Assembly (NCBI GenBank): GCA_051294905.1 | Contig: CM119372.1 | Span: 20,958,001-21,022,000, forward strand | Direction of reading: 5' to 3' | From: Botryllus schlosseri | Lineage: Eukaryota | Length of the DNA stretch: 64,000 bases | Part shown: positions 25,671 to 36,877 of the stretch, one piece after another | How positions within the stretch are numbered: position 1 is the first letter of the stretch | Layout: the number at the start of each line of letters is the position of its first letter | The notes under the pieces: generated by a model | Databases searched by the model: none | What the model saw: only the letters and a program-made list of their open reading frames with translations | What the model was told of the DNA's origin: nothing | Made by a program: the position numbers and the translations under genes

Positions 25671-26019
25671 ACCGAGACTTAGGGCATAATCCTTCAACAA
25701 GGTAATGGTTATCTTCAGGGTTAGCTGATATATATTTGTTTCGACCCTTGGCAGAATAATTTTAGAGTGCTACCAGTCCCATCAAAAAACATTCATAGTG
25801 CGTGTCTTGTTATATCGTGATTTTGGCTCGCAATAAAACGTCAATTCTGGTCAAAACTATCCAGAAATATCCGAAACATAATTTGACACAGAATCTGTAT
25901 CCGATCCGACTGCAACAAAATTGTGAAAAATGCAGTCCTAATCCGAATGAAACTCATCAATGACATGAACACGTAAAAACTAGAGAGGCAGATGGTGAAT
26001 GGATGCGAGGTTAAACACA

Positions 26020-26310
26020 CTGACTAGAAAGCGTAGTGGTATAATCCTCTGCTGAAACACCAATGGGATGTTGGTTCAAGTCCGACAGAGATAAACTCCA
26101 GAATTTCTACCAAAGTGTTGGAGGTATATCTAGGCTATACTCCTCGCCATCTCATTCGCGTAAGCTGTGTCTTTTAAAAAGCATGGAAGTGAGCCGTGCT
26201 ATAAGTCCGCTGCTACGGAATAGAAATGAAGAAAATTGGCCTGGTGTAAAGTAAATGGGCCATAGTAGTCGACAAACACCATGAAATGAATACGTCAAAT
26301 AAACACTGAA
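26020..26310 (+). mobile_element. tRNA-derived SINE
   Basis: A-box-like GCGTAGTGG and B box GGTTCAAGTCC (26073). Body shared with 44110-44370 (-), 62705-63850 (+) and the 3' ends at 14400-14690. Confidence 0.8.
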
Positions 26311-26587
26311 CCTTAGTGAAATGTGAAGTCATTGTAGTGTTGCAAATGGCCTTATCGTTTAAAAGCGGCAATGTGATGTGCGTCAAATAACTAAAATAAT
26401 AAATAAAGTGTGACTGGCATTTATTTACTTCTTGATCGCATACAAAGTACGTATTTTGACACAAACAAATCAAACTCCCACTGTAATAACATCATAATAA
26501 GTGGTACTCGATTATTGGATTCAGGTTGAAGGTTTTTACTCGACTCAATATCTAATAACGAAGTTACTCGATATTGCCCAACCTTAC

Positions 26588-26626
26588 TCATGGTGTCGTC
26601 ATTTTCCTTCACGGCTTTGGTGGAAA
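26588..26626 (-). CDS. Candidate short linker exon (VSTKAVKENDDTM)
   Basis: Acceptor GTATAG, strong donor GTAAGG. 39 bp, phase 1-1, in frame. No domain support. Confidence 0.45.
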
Positions 26627-27329
26627 CTATACATCATTACAATAATGTGATTGAGTGACATGAACTAATAAGGAAAAATCGGAAACGGAATCGCGTCAAT
26701 CTCCGGCGTAACAATTGGAAATAATCGTCATTCTGGTTGTGCGTGAAGATAACAGCAATTTCACAGTCCCCATAGAGAGCAGCGAGTGATCAGGTAAATT
26801 TGAATTTCTTCAAAGACAGAAACGTAGTAGAGAAACCAGTATTGGATTTCAAAATACCATTTCGCAAATTAAATCATAATAACTTACGTGAGCATGTATG
26901 TCCATCTCCATAAAACCCTTCGCGACATTGACATTGATGCCGAAAGCCCCAAGACCCACCACTCGAAAAATATGAATATTTGCAATTGGCGTCAGGACTA
27001 CACTTACAGTCGCAATCACGATCTAAAAATTGATGTGCAAATGGTAATCATCATATACAAAGATCTTTCCGCGCAAAAATACAAAATCTGCATATTGATT
27101 ACTTGTTGCGACCACGGAACACAGTCTTTGCTATATATGCAGACTCTCTCACTCCCGCCCCCTACATATACTTCTAACTTTAACACTGGTGTGTGGTGAA
27201 GTTCATGGTTCATGGTTGGAAACTTACTGAGCCCTTTAAGGTTAGATATAAAAGTGCATAAACCCAAAACAATTCAGTTGTCGTGTTGCATCTTTTGAGA
27301 CAGATTGTTTCTCTGACACTCAACACAGT

Positions 27330-28060
27330 TTAGTACCATGTTTTTAACTTTCTGTTATCACTGCTGCTGTCCGGTATAGTGAAATTTTTCATGTCTGGAT
27401 GCTGAACAGTTGGAGATGGAAATTGTAACTCTGCAAAATGACCTCCACCTCAAAAGCTCACCAGGTTGCAGCAAACTTTAGGTGCCTTGTTGACACGGAA
27501 AAGTACAGTGGTGTTGTGCAGCAGCTACGAAGGTTGCAAGCGTGTTTGGTTCAACTTATCTCTGTGAATCTGCCTTTTCGGACATGAACTTCATCAAAAA
27601 CAAACACAAAGCACGCCGCACTAATGTACATCTGGAACACTCACTCTGAGTTGCATTGTCAAGTTACATATAAGAGTGCAGCGTACTAGTTGATAGCATT
27701 ACCAGGCTTCCTAGTGACTGATATAGAAACAGATGCCATGATGTCCAGTCCAAAGTGTGACATAATTTTATTAAAATTCGAGTTGACTGTTGTTACATAG
27801 GCCTAATTTATACAAACATGACGCGAAGTAATTCACGATTTAGGAAAAAAAATCTTATTGGCTAGCTAGTTGAAATGAGATGTTTTGATTCAAAAGACTC
27901 ACTTAGAAGTCTTACCGCAATGTAATTCCTGCCCATTGATATGAATATCAAAGTGGAAATTAAGTCTGGTACGGGTAAACGGCGGGAGTAAATGGTAGGC
28001 CGTCGCTTCAATCAGTACCCAAGAAGTACCTCTTGGCTGCAAAAAGATTGGTGACCCCTG
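27330..28060 (+). mobile_element. hAT transposase 3' remnant (SPIN/GTF2IRD2-like)
   Basis: Broken frames read EQLEMEIVTLQND...VASVFGSTYLCESAFSDMNFIKNK. Ends in TIR GGTGACCCCTG. Confidence 0.85.
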
Positions 28061-29966
28061 TTCTAAAGGTTTCGTCGCTTATGAAGGAAAAGACTAGCGT
28101 TTTCGGGGTTAAATGTGAAATTGAACCGTTTTATTGTGATTCACGATACTGGGATTGCATTGTCAAAATTATTTTAAAAAATTGCCAAGGTACCGTTTGG
28201 TCACTTTTCTTGAAAGGTTTGGGAATCACTGCTTTAAACCAGCAAGGTTGGGATTTCAGAATCAAAAATCAAATCCAGGGATCGTGTTCTTTCATAAATT
28301 GCGAATACAATTACACTCATTTCTGAGAATTATGTATATTTTAAATTTTAATTTAAAATTTTAATTGTAATTTTTGGGAGGGGTACCTAATGGAGAAATC
28401 GATAGTGGTACGATAAATCTGCCAAAAAAATCGAACAAATTCATGCTGATTTTCGAGATAACTTAGTGTGCACTTTGGTCTTGGCGCCCCAATTTGGGAG
28501 TTTGGTATGCGGTTGTTCGGGACATGGGAGCATGTAGTCTTCAAATACTTGTTTTGTATTTTTTTCGCAGGAGTAAACGGTGTCATACCAAACCGTATTC
28601 AGAGACACATCTCTATCTCAAACTCAAGTCGCGCTCAACGGAGCAAAGGCCGAGTCCAGCTCGATTCGTGAGAGCGTTTGGTATTCGGTTCGGATTTCGA
28701 GCGTTGCTCGGTTTCGAGTCTTTCCTCGATAGATTTGACTGCTTCAGGCATGAGCACAAGATATTTATTGGATTACTGATGATGGGTATTGGTACCGCGT
28801 TGTTGATATTTCCGCCATACATGGGGATTGGGGACGGACGGTTTTATTAACGGTATTTTAATGGTCTAACATTGCGTACATTCATAAAGCGCCAGGTCAT
28901 CTACCATCGTGTATTGGATTTTTCCGCTTCGCCGAGGATTCGGTTCTTGTTAGGATTGGAAGATCGCTATATTGTAGACAACAGCTTGTGTGTGTTTTTT
29001 CAGTTACATTCATCTTCCATTCGTTTCTACATAATCATATGCTACGTTTTATATTAAATGATAAAACATAGAGTTGTGAGGAATTAACCGATTTTGCGAA
29101 TCCATCGGAAACCTTTCTGATGAAAAATGTCCGCCGATTTGGGAATAACCTACGCAGCCAACGATGAAGCCATACGGCGCTAGAACATGATTTACTTCTT
29201 ATAACAGTGCTATTACAGTTGAAATTGTGAATTCAGGCACCAAACATGCCCACAGCGCAATTTCCACAATATATATTCACGGCCAAACCGTAAAAAGGGA
29301 ATGAGTAAGGCCTTGAGGCTGCCCACGGCTTGACTTGGAAAACACTTGCTCAAACGCCGCATTTCGAGATCGACTCCAACCTCAGATCGTCATTGAATAC
29401 CATAACCACAAACGTACAACTCGAAAGAGCGTCAAGTTCGACTGCAGTTGAACTCAAACTCGTTCTCTCGCTTCGCTTTCTGAATACCGATTCTTACGCA
29501 ATGTCGACGCAAAATGAGTTTGAGTACTGAGTAAGGTTTCTTGAATAAGGACATCACCCAGAGTCATCTGGTGCATTATAGGAACAGGATGATGCGGGAT
29601 CACGGACAGTTCTTATTCGTGACTCTTCGGCTGAGGTCGAATAGGAGCCGGAGTAAATTATGAAGAAACAGGATTGGAGTCGAACTGACGAATTTGTCGA
29701 TCCGCCGCGCACTAATTCACTGGTGATATTGGTTTCCGGCATGACAACAGCTTTGTTTTTACAACTTATAAGAATGTGTCTTAAATTTGTCATTGAATTT
29801 GTTGATCCCAAAATGTGCTTCTCGTTTTTGCAAGACAAGAGAGAAATCGAGAGAAAATGGGTTATAGCTAAAGCGTGGAGGATCAACGATCCAGACTCCT
29901 TGGATCCGATTTACGTTAAAACAAGGTCAAACACTGTTCGTAGAAAAAGAATCTTGAACGACTTAC

Positions 29967-30080
29967 CCTTGGTGCAAGTATATCCGTCTCCACAATATTT
30001 CTCTTTGCATACACATCGATATGCCCCCTGATCGTTTTGGACACAACTGGCATGCTGGCTACACGCATTGTCGCAAGGAT
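29967..30080 (-). CDS. Exon: EGF-like domain 4 (DPCDNACSQHASCVQNDQGAYRCVCKEKYCGDGYTCTK)
   Basis: EGF Cys spacing plus one extra Cys. Acceptor TTGTTAG, donor GTAAGT. 114 bp, phase 1-1. Confidence 0.9.
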
Positions 30081-32661
30081 CTAACAATTGTAAGAATTGA
30101 CACAATGACTCTGTGGGTTTATGTGTAGTCAAAATTCGGACCGGGCGCAGACGCTCACTGCATCGCGGTGTCAACATGAACGTAAATTTAACACAAAAAG
30201 ATGATAGATCTCGTATCTTCAAAGCGTATACGGCTGGTCCTAAGATTGTTGCTTGAAATATCACTTTATTATTTAGGTCAGTGCTTTTCAACCTAAGGAG
30301 GGAGTGGGCCGCTTGAATTTTTTGCGGCGATCGTGATAGTGATGACCTTATTTCGTAAGCAGCTTCGCACATGATTGGGGAGTAGATCTTGTCGAAGGTG
30401 CCGCCACCTATTTTCAATAATCAGCTGACCAAATTTAGAGGTGGGTTGCGGAATATTTTCAAATCGGAATCCGGGTCGTTACTAGGAATGGGCAAGATCG
30501 AGTACCTGAGTGATTCGAGTCTGAATCACGTATCATGCTTCGAGTCGAGTAATCGAGTATCACTCATTATGACGTCATAACAGAATGCAATATGTCAAAG
30601 TTCAAATACGTACCTTTTATGCGACCACATAAAGAACTGGCACTGTAGTCGTTAACATTAAGCCATACAGTTGAATTCAATCTTTAAATGTGCGATTATT
30701 ATTCAACTGTAACTGCAGTAAGAGCAATATGGGCGGATATCACGACCTGATCAATAGAAATTCGATTTGTACCAAATAGCCAATGGTTTGACGTTCGATA
30801 TTGGTGCACTCATTACCAATCCATCCGGTGTCGATCAAGTTTATCGGAATATAATATTTTCTGGTAGAAACGAATCGAATAATCGGATTAAACACTGTGC
30901 CATATGCACATTGCGCGTGCGCCATGCCCATAACGAATTAAACTATGCACATTTACAAGTCACAATGCGCGATAATTCGGGAATACTAGAGTATCAAGCA
31001 GTCATCAAGAGTGAATACACAAACAGATGATTACAAATTTGAAATCGCGTATCAAATCAGTAATTTGTCTCCCCCATGGGGTTTTGACATCGCATTCAGT
31101 AGATCGCACCGCGACAATTGTCTGCTGAGTGTAACGGCGTTTTGAGCTACTCTTCTGCCATCCCCTATTTACACTCGAAAATCCTTAATGGAGTGAATAA
31201 CGATCATGATCAGTAATGAATTCCAATTCGCATGCATAGTTGCATACATAATAACACTGTCCAATTTCGCGGCCCGATTAAAAAAAACGATCACGAAAGA
31301 CCGAGTATTTGCTCATCCGATTCATGGCAACGATGAGATGGAATGTCTTGGCGCGTGTTTGTCATATCGACATGTGCAACGAAATCACGTTTTTATCCTC
31401 TGTCCCATTTCGCGTAATATTTAGTGATCATTATTTTCGAACCGTACTATTGGCCAACACGGTTGTGCTGATGATGAAATTGCGGGTATGCAGAACACCC
31501 ACAATATTCACAGGCATATCTAGCGCACCGAGGTTCGGTGATTTTGACTGTTGCGTCATACGTTGCCTTTTTGGTTTTTGCTTTTAAATCTGTTTAAATC
31601 CCTTTAGTGTGCCGTTAACTCTTGAAAAGAGGCACCCGAAAAGTTTACGAGTTTAATAAATATTCTGTTACAATGGATGTTGTATTGAAAGCTATATTCA
31701 AATTCTGTATCACGAACCAGCTATTCATGTAAGAAAATTGAACATTGAACATGAACATGACTGCCCTGCTGTTAAATCATCAGGAAATGGCTAGTCGGAA
31801 AAGATAGCGTCAAAGAGGCAGAGATTCTTAATTTCACGAAGGCCTGCATGCTGTTGAATTATGTGAAATCAGCAAATATAGTTGTTGCATAGCATCTTAT
31901 GAAATACGTCGCAGCCGGAGCTACTCCTCAAATAACTGGTTCAAGCTCCGGCCCCGGCTCCAGCTCCGGTGGAAATGCACGGCTCCGGGGCTCCGACTCC
32001 TTGCTCCGGCTCCGGCTCCAAAGCCCTGACCATGAAGAGGTGAGGAACCACTGAAGATTGCGAATGTTGAAATTACTCGCTTCCTTCAATGTCATATCGT
32101 TGCATTTTATAGTTTAAAACTAGATAAGGCCAGGCAAGTTGTCAGAGAAATCAAATTTAGTGTACAGTGAATCGAAAGTATAGCTCATCTTATATTTCGA
32201 AGCGAAAAAAGGGCAACGGTATACACATTCCCCGAATAAAGACAAGCGCCACACACCAGCCGCTTCAAGTCAATATTTCACACTCCATCGCATTAAAAAT
32301 GCTTTACGCTATAGGGAAATCATTTGCTGCGTTCCGAAATCTGCACTCAATATTTGGAAACTGCACGCTCGGCGCTTATATAGTAACCAAGATCTGTTTT
32401 TATAAATTAACTAGCATGCATTGACAGAAGCAGTACACACAAATACCAGGTTGATTATGAGCCATCTTTGTCAGGCATGCTCGTGACAATATTCTTAATG
32501 TAAAGTCGCATATGTCTATTTATTACTCAGAAAGCATAGATCTACGTCAGGTAAAGTGATTTGTCACCGGACCATGGGAGAACAGCGACCTGCCGCGGGA
32601 CTTACCACAGAATATATGTGTGGCGCGAGCAATAAAAATGCGAATCAATCTATTAACCTAC

Positions 32662-32799
32662 CCATCTTGCATCCTTCCCTCATGAATAGAGTTTCATTTT
32701 TGCATCTGCAAACCGGATATGATGCTCTACCGAAATCTACCCAGCGTGTAGCACACGTGTCAGATTTGAAACATTCTTCATATTTATTGCACGGATCAC
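32662..32799 (-). CDS. Exon: EGF-like domain 3 (DPCNKYEECFKSDTCATRWVDFGRASYPVCRCKNETLFMREGCKM)
   Basis: Six Cys with DPC start and CxC. Acceptor ATATCAG, donor GTAGGT. 138 bp, phase 1-1. Confidence 0.82.
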
Positions 32800-33445
32800 C
32801 TGATATAGAGTAAAAGCAAGATATTATTGCTCGTATCATGCATGAGATTGCTATCTAAATTTAATAAAACACAATCAATAATTCAGTGCTTCCAACTTAA
32901 TAGCGAAAATCGACGGTGTGGATTGGAAAACCTAGTTGACCCTCAACCTCAACTGTCCAAACCAACACATGTATATCCCAAGGGCCCATAAGTAGTGAAT
33001 TTCAGAGGAAACGAGTATATGTTTGGAAAGAATATGTGCGCTTTCCAATAGTGCGACCAATTTAATTTTTAGAAGAACATTCGCAAACGTCATATGTACG
33101 ACCTCACCATACCATATTGTTGTAATGTGAATGATTGATGATTAATTGATTGTGCTAGACAGCAACCTTTAGTGTTGCCCCTTTTCGTTACTGTGCACGT
33201 GCTATCATGTAGTCTGGCTTATTCCTTGTATTCTGCTGCTGTGTGAGGAACTCGCGTTCCTGCCTTGACAATAAACCAGCTCACACTTGGTAGTTGTGGC
33301 GTGTCTGCTGTTAGAATTCAACAGGTTATGGGACCAGCACGCCCCCGCTGCGGCAAGTAACGAGTTTGGGATTCCGAAGAAGATATATTGAGAATATTGG
33401 ATCGTACGGAGAGCTTAAAGTTTCTAAAATTTGCGTTGGAGCCTA

Positions 33446-33953
33446 ATGACTACTATGGCGTCCGGTGAAGTACAGAAATTCACGGCGGACAAACTGCATA
33501 GTGATAACTGGCTAACGTGGAAATACCAGATAACTTGTTTGCTGAAGGCGAAGGAATTATTCCAATATGTTGATGGATCGGAAGTGTTGCCAGGAGGCGC
33601 TAATCAGCAGCAGACAAGGGAACATCAGAAGAAGTTAGATAAGGCGTTAGCCATCATTACTTTGGCTGTCTCTACGTCGCAACTGTATTTATTAACATCC
33701 TGCAATACGCCGGAGGATGCCTGGAATGCCTTGAAGGAACACTTTGAGGGTGACTCCGCCGGTAATAGACTTTTGCTCATGAAGTCGTATTTTCGATGTG
33801 AAATGAAACAGTCTGACTCAGTCGAGAGTCATTTGAAATATATGAAGAAATTGACTGATCAAATGGCTGCGCTTGGCTCGCCAGTTGAAGAAACACTGCA
33901 AGTTGTAACGTTGCTGGGAAGTTTACCTAAGCCTTACGCAACCTTGGTCACTG
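33446..33953 (+). CDS. gag: Copia gag, N-terminal part (interrupted by a LINE)
   Basis: NWLTWKYQITCLLKAKELFQYVDG...AWNALKEHFE...LLGSLPKPYATLVT is typical Copia Gag. Confidence 0.9.
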
Positions 33954-35358
33954 AGAGAGAGAGAGAGAGAGAGAGATTTATTTCGTCAACCGATGACGCC
34001 AAAATAAATAGAACTCATATAAATATGCAATATTTAACAAACATGAAACAGTGGTTTATCGGTATTGACTGGTACCGGCGATATGATCATGACGATCTTC
34101 GTGTCAGCCGGAACCAGGGTATATGGTTATTTAAATGAGATAACCTCATAACGTGATAACGAAACAGGGTAAGCTAATACGGAATGCAACTTACAAAAGG
34201 CAACAAGAGCGATATATGAAAACACATAACAGTTACAGACAGTCACAATTAATGTGCAAAAAACGAACACGTAGTTTGTGGATTTATAACTGATATTGGC
34301 AGTGTACAAGCATTGACTAGTATTTGCACAAAAGAGAGTCTAACATCCCTGACTTGAATGAATTATAGTTGGAGCTTTTTAGGTGTGGCGGAATCTGGTT
34401 GTTCCATACATCAATCCCTGCTCGTTTAAATGGAGGGAAACCTCTATCAGAGTGGGACATATATAAGTTGGCACTTGCGGCAGAACGCGTGTCATGACTA
34501 TGTACATCTCTACAGTATTGAAAATAGTTCTGTAGAGATACAGGGACTTGCAGCTGGTTAATTTTATACATTACTTTGGCTAGTTCAAAGATATAGATAT
34601 CACTAATTTTAAGAATACGCAACTTTTTGTAGTACGGGTCAAGTCGGCTATAGAGTGGTATTCGAGCAATAGCTCTTAATGCTTTGTTCTGAACGACCTG
34701 AAGCTGGTTCAATAGGGTTTTGGTAGCAGATCCCCAGATTATAATACCATACTGTAGGTGGGAATGTATGATCGAAAAGTAAAGAGTACGGAGAAGTGGC
34801 TTTGGAACTATTCGGCTAAGCTTCCATGATACACCAATGTTCCGTGAAACTTTTGCGCTTACATTGGTGATATGATCATGCCATGTCAGACCTTCATCTA
34901 TATGAATTCCAAGGTACTTGAAAGACCTACTCAGGTCTAGTTGTTGTGCTGAAATTTCCAACACTCCTGTATATTTGGGGCTGGATAACTCTAATCTGCA
35001 ATTTTCCTTGCCTATTGGAAGTGCTTGGCACTTTTTAACATTGACAGACAATTTGTTGCAAGCTAACCAAGTGCTTATATGGTCAAGTTGAGCATTGCAT
35101 TCCGACACAAGGGTATCGGCATTACCTGAGGAAAGAGTGAGGTGGGTGTCGTCTGCGAAGAGGGTTGTAGTAAAGTCAGAGCATATTGAAATATCGTTAA
35201 TATATAGTAAGAATAATGTTGGTCCAAGTACGGATCCCTGTGGAATTCCACAGGATACAGAAGTAAGGTTCGATGCTTGATCATTGACTAAGGTGTATTG
35301 TTTGCGACCTGTGAGGTAATCCGTAAAAAGATCCATCACAATTCCTCGAATACCATAG
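33954..35358 (-). mobile_element. 5'-truncated CR1/L2-group LINE inside Copia gag; RT ORF 34317-35339 is open
   Basis: GIPQGSVLGPTLF, LFADDT and FKYLG motifs. AATAAA followed by a (TC)n tail. CACTG on both flanks. Confidence 0.95.
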
Positions 35359-35363
35359 CACTG

Positions 35364-36877
35364 CCCTGGAAACTCATAGCGAACCAGGTCTCAAGTTGAA
35401 ATTTGTTCAAAGAGCAATTTTGAATGAAGAAGATAAGCTGTATGGCAAGCAAAAAAGGCGTAAACAAACTCACTGTGAACTGGAAGAATCAGCAATGGTG
35501 TCGATTAAGAAATTACGATGCTATAACTGCGACAAATTTGGTCACCTGTATCACGAATGTCCAGAGTCTGATGACAGTGATGAAGAATACACATTTTCTG
35601 TTGGTGGTCAAGAAGTTTGTGATGATGCTGATCCAAGCTGGAATGTAGACAGTGGTGCATCAAAGCACATGTCGAAGGTGAAAGAATCAATCTCGGACTA
35701 CAAAGAATTTGAGGTTCCTCGACACATTCACTTAGCCGATGGTAGCACCGTTTCAGCCTTTGGAATTGGAAAAGTAAACCTTGAAATGTTTCTTGAAAAT
35801 GAAGAAAATGTAACTGTGACACTGAAAAAGGTTTTATACGTTCCGAAGCTGGCAAGCAATCTTTTTTCTGTGCGAGCAGCAAGTAAATTTGATGGCAAAG
35901 TTGCATTTATTGGAGATGAATGCAGAATCTACAATAAGCATGGAAAGCTTTGTGGAACTGGCTCAGTGGCAGGAAGACTGTACAGATTGTGTTGCCGTCA
36001 TGTTATATCTGACACAGAAAGTATTGCCAATGGACATGTTGAACCAGTGGGAGAAATGATATCTGAAAACCACCCTACTGGAAATGGATATAACCAGTAT
36101 GATGATATGCCTGATGAATCAACTGATGGGAGGACTGGTACTGAACAAACTGCATTTGCAGCTGCTGGAATATCTAAACCTATAATCTTCGATGAGGCTA
36201 TGAAATCACCACGTTCGAGTGAGTGCGAAAAAGCTGCTGACAGAGAATACGCTTCTCTGATGAGGAATGAAACCTGGAGTGTTGTGGAGCAACCACAAGG
36301 AACTGCACCAGCTGAATGCCCCTCGGTATTCGAAATAAAAAGCGGCATAAATGATAATGAGACATTTTCACCAGTTGTCAGATTTGTCTCGAGTCGAGCT
36401 GTGCTAGCTGTAGCACCTGAAAACGATATGTTACATCAGATGGATGTTGATACTGCATTCATGAATTGTCTGCTTGAAGAAGACATCTATATGAATCGAA
36501 CACCTGGTTATATTGCATTTGGTTCTGAACATTTGGTGTGTAATCATTCTTTGTATGTATTGAAACAGCCGCAAAGCTGTTGGAACATTGTGCCTAATCA
36601 GTACTTTGAGTCGATCGGGTTCAGACACTGTTATTCTGACTCATGCGTTACATGCACTGATAAGAATCTGTTCATTGTCGATGATGTCATTTTGGCTTCG
36701 CAGTCTTATGATCAACTAACTGAAGTGAAGTATAACTTCGGCCCTGAATTTTGCATGGCGGGTATCGGTGAATCGCATTACTGCCTTGATGTTTGCATTA
36801 AGCAAGAACACACTGAGAAGTGTATCTATTTGCATCAAAAACGATACATTTGCAATTTGATTGATAGATATGGTTAG
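35364..36877 (+). CDS. Copia polyprotein remainder: Gag zinc knuckle, aspartic protease, decayed RT; no integrase or RNase H
   Basis: CYNCDKFGHLYHEC; WNVDSGASKHM; ETFSPVV, LHQMDVDTAF and SLYVLKQ RT remnants. In frame with 33446-33953 once the LINE is removed. Confidence 0.88.

Noticed and set aside
26025..26090. tRNA gene (also about 62710-62770 and 52470-52530)
   Set aside because: A and B boxes only, with no cloverleaf, and followed by a shared SINE body.
30740..30931. ORF with CAYGTVFNP, resembling a chitin-binding peritrophin motif
   Set aside because: Lacks the other cysteines and splice sites, and lies in degraded MITE sequence.
33954..34138. C-terminal extension of the 235-aa gag ORF (ERERER...)
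   Set aside because: Read-through into the antisense LINE tail. The real gag continues at 35364.
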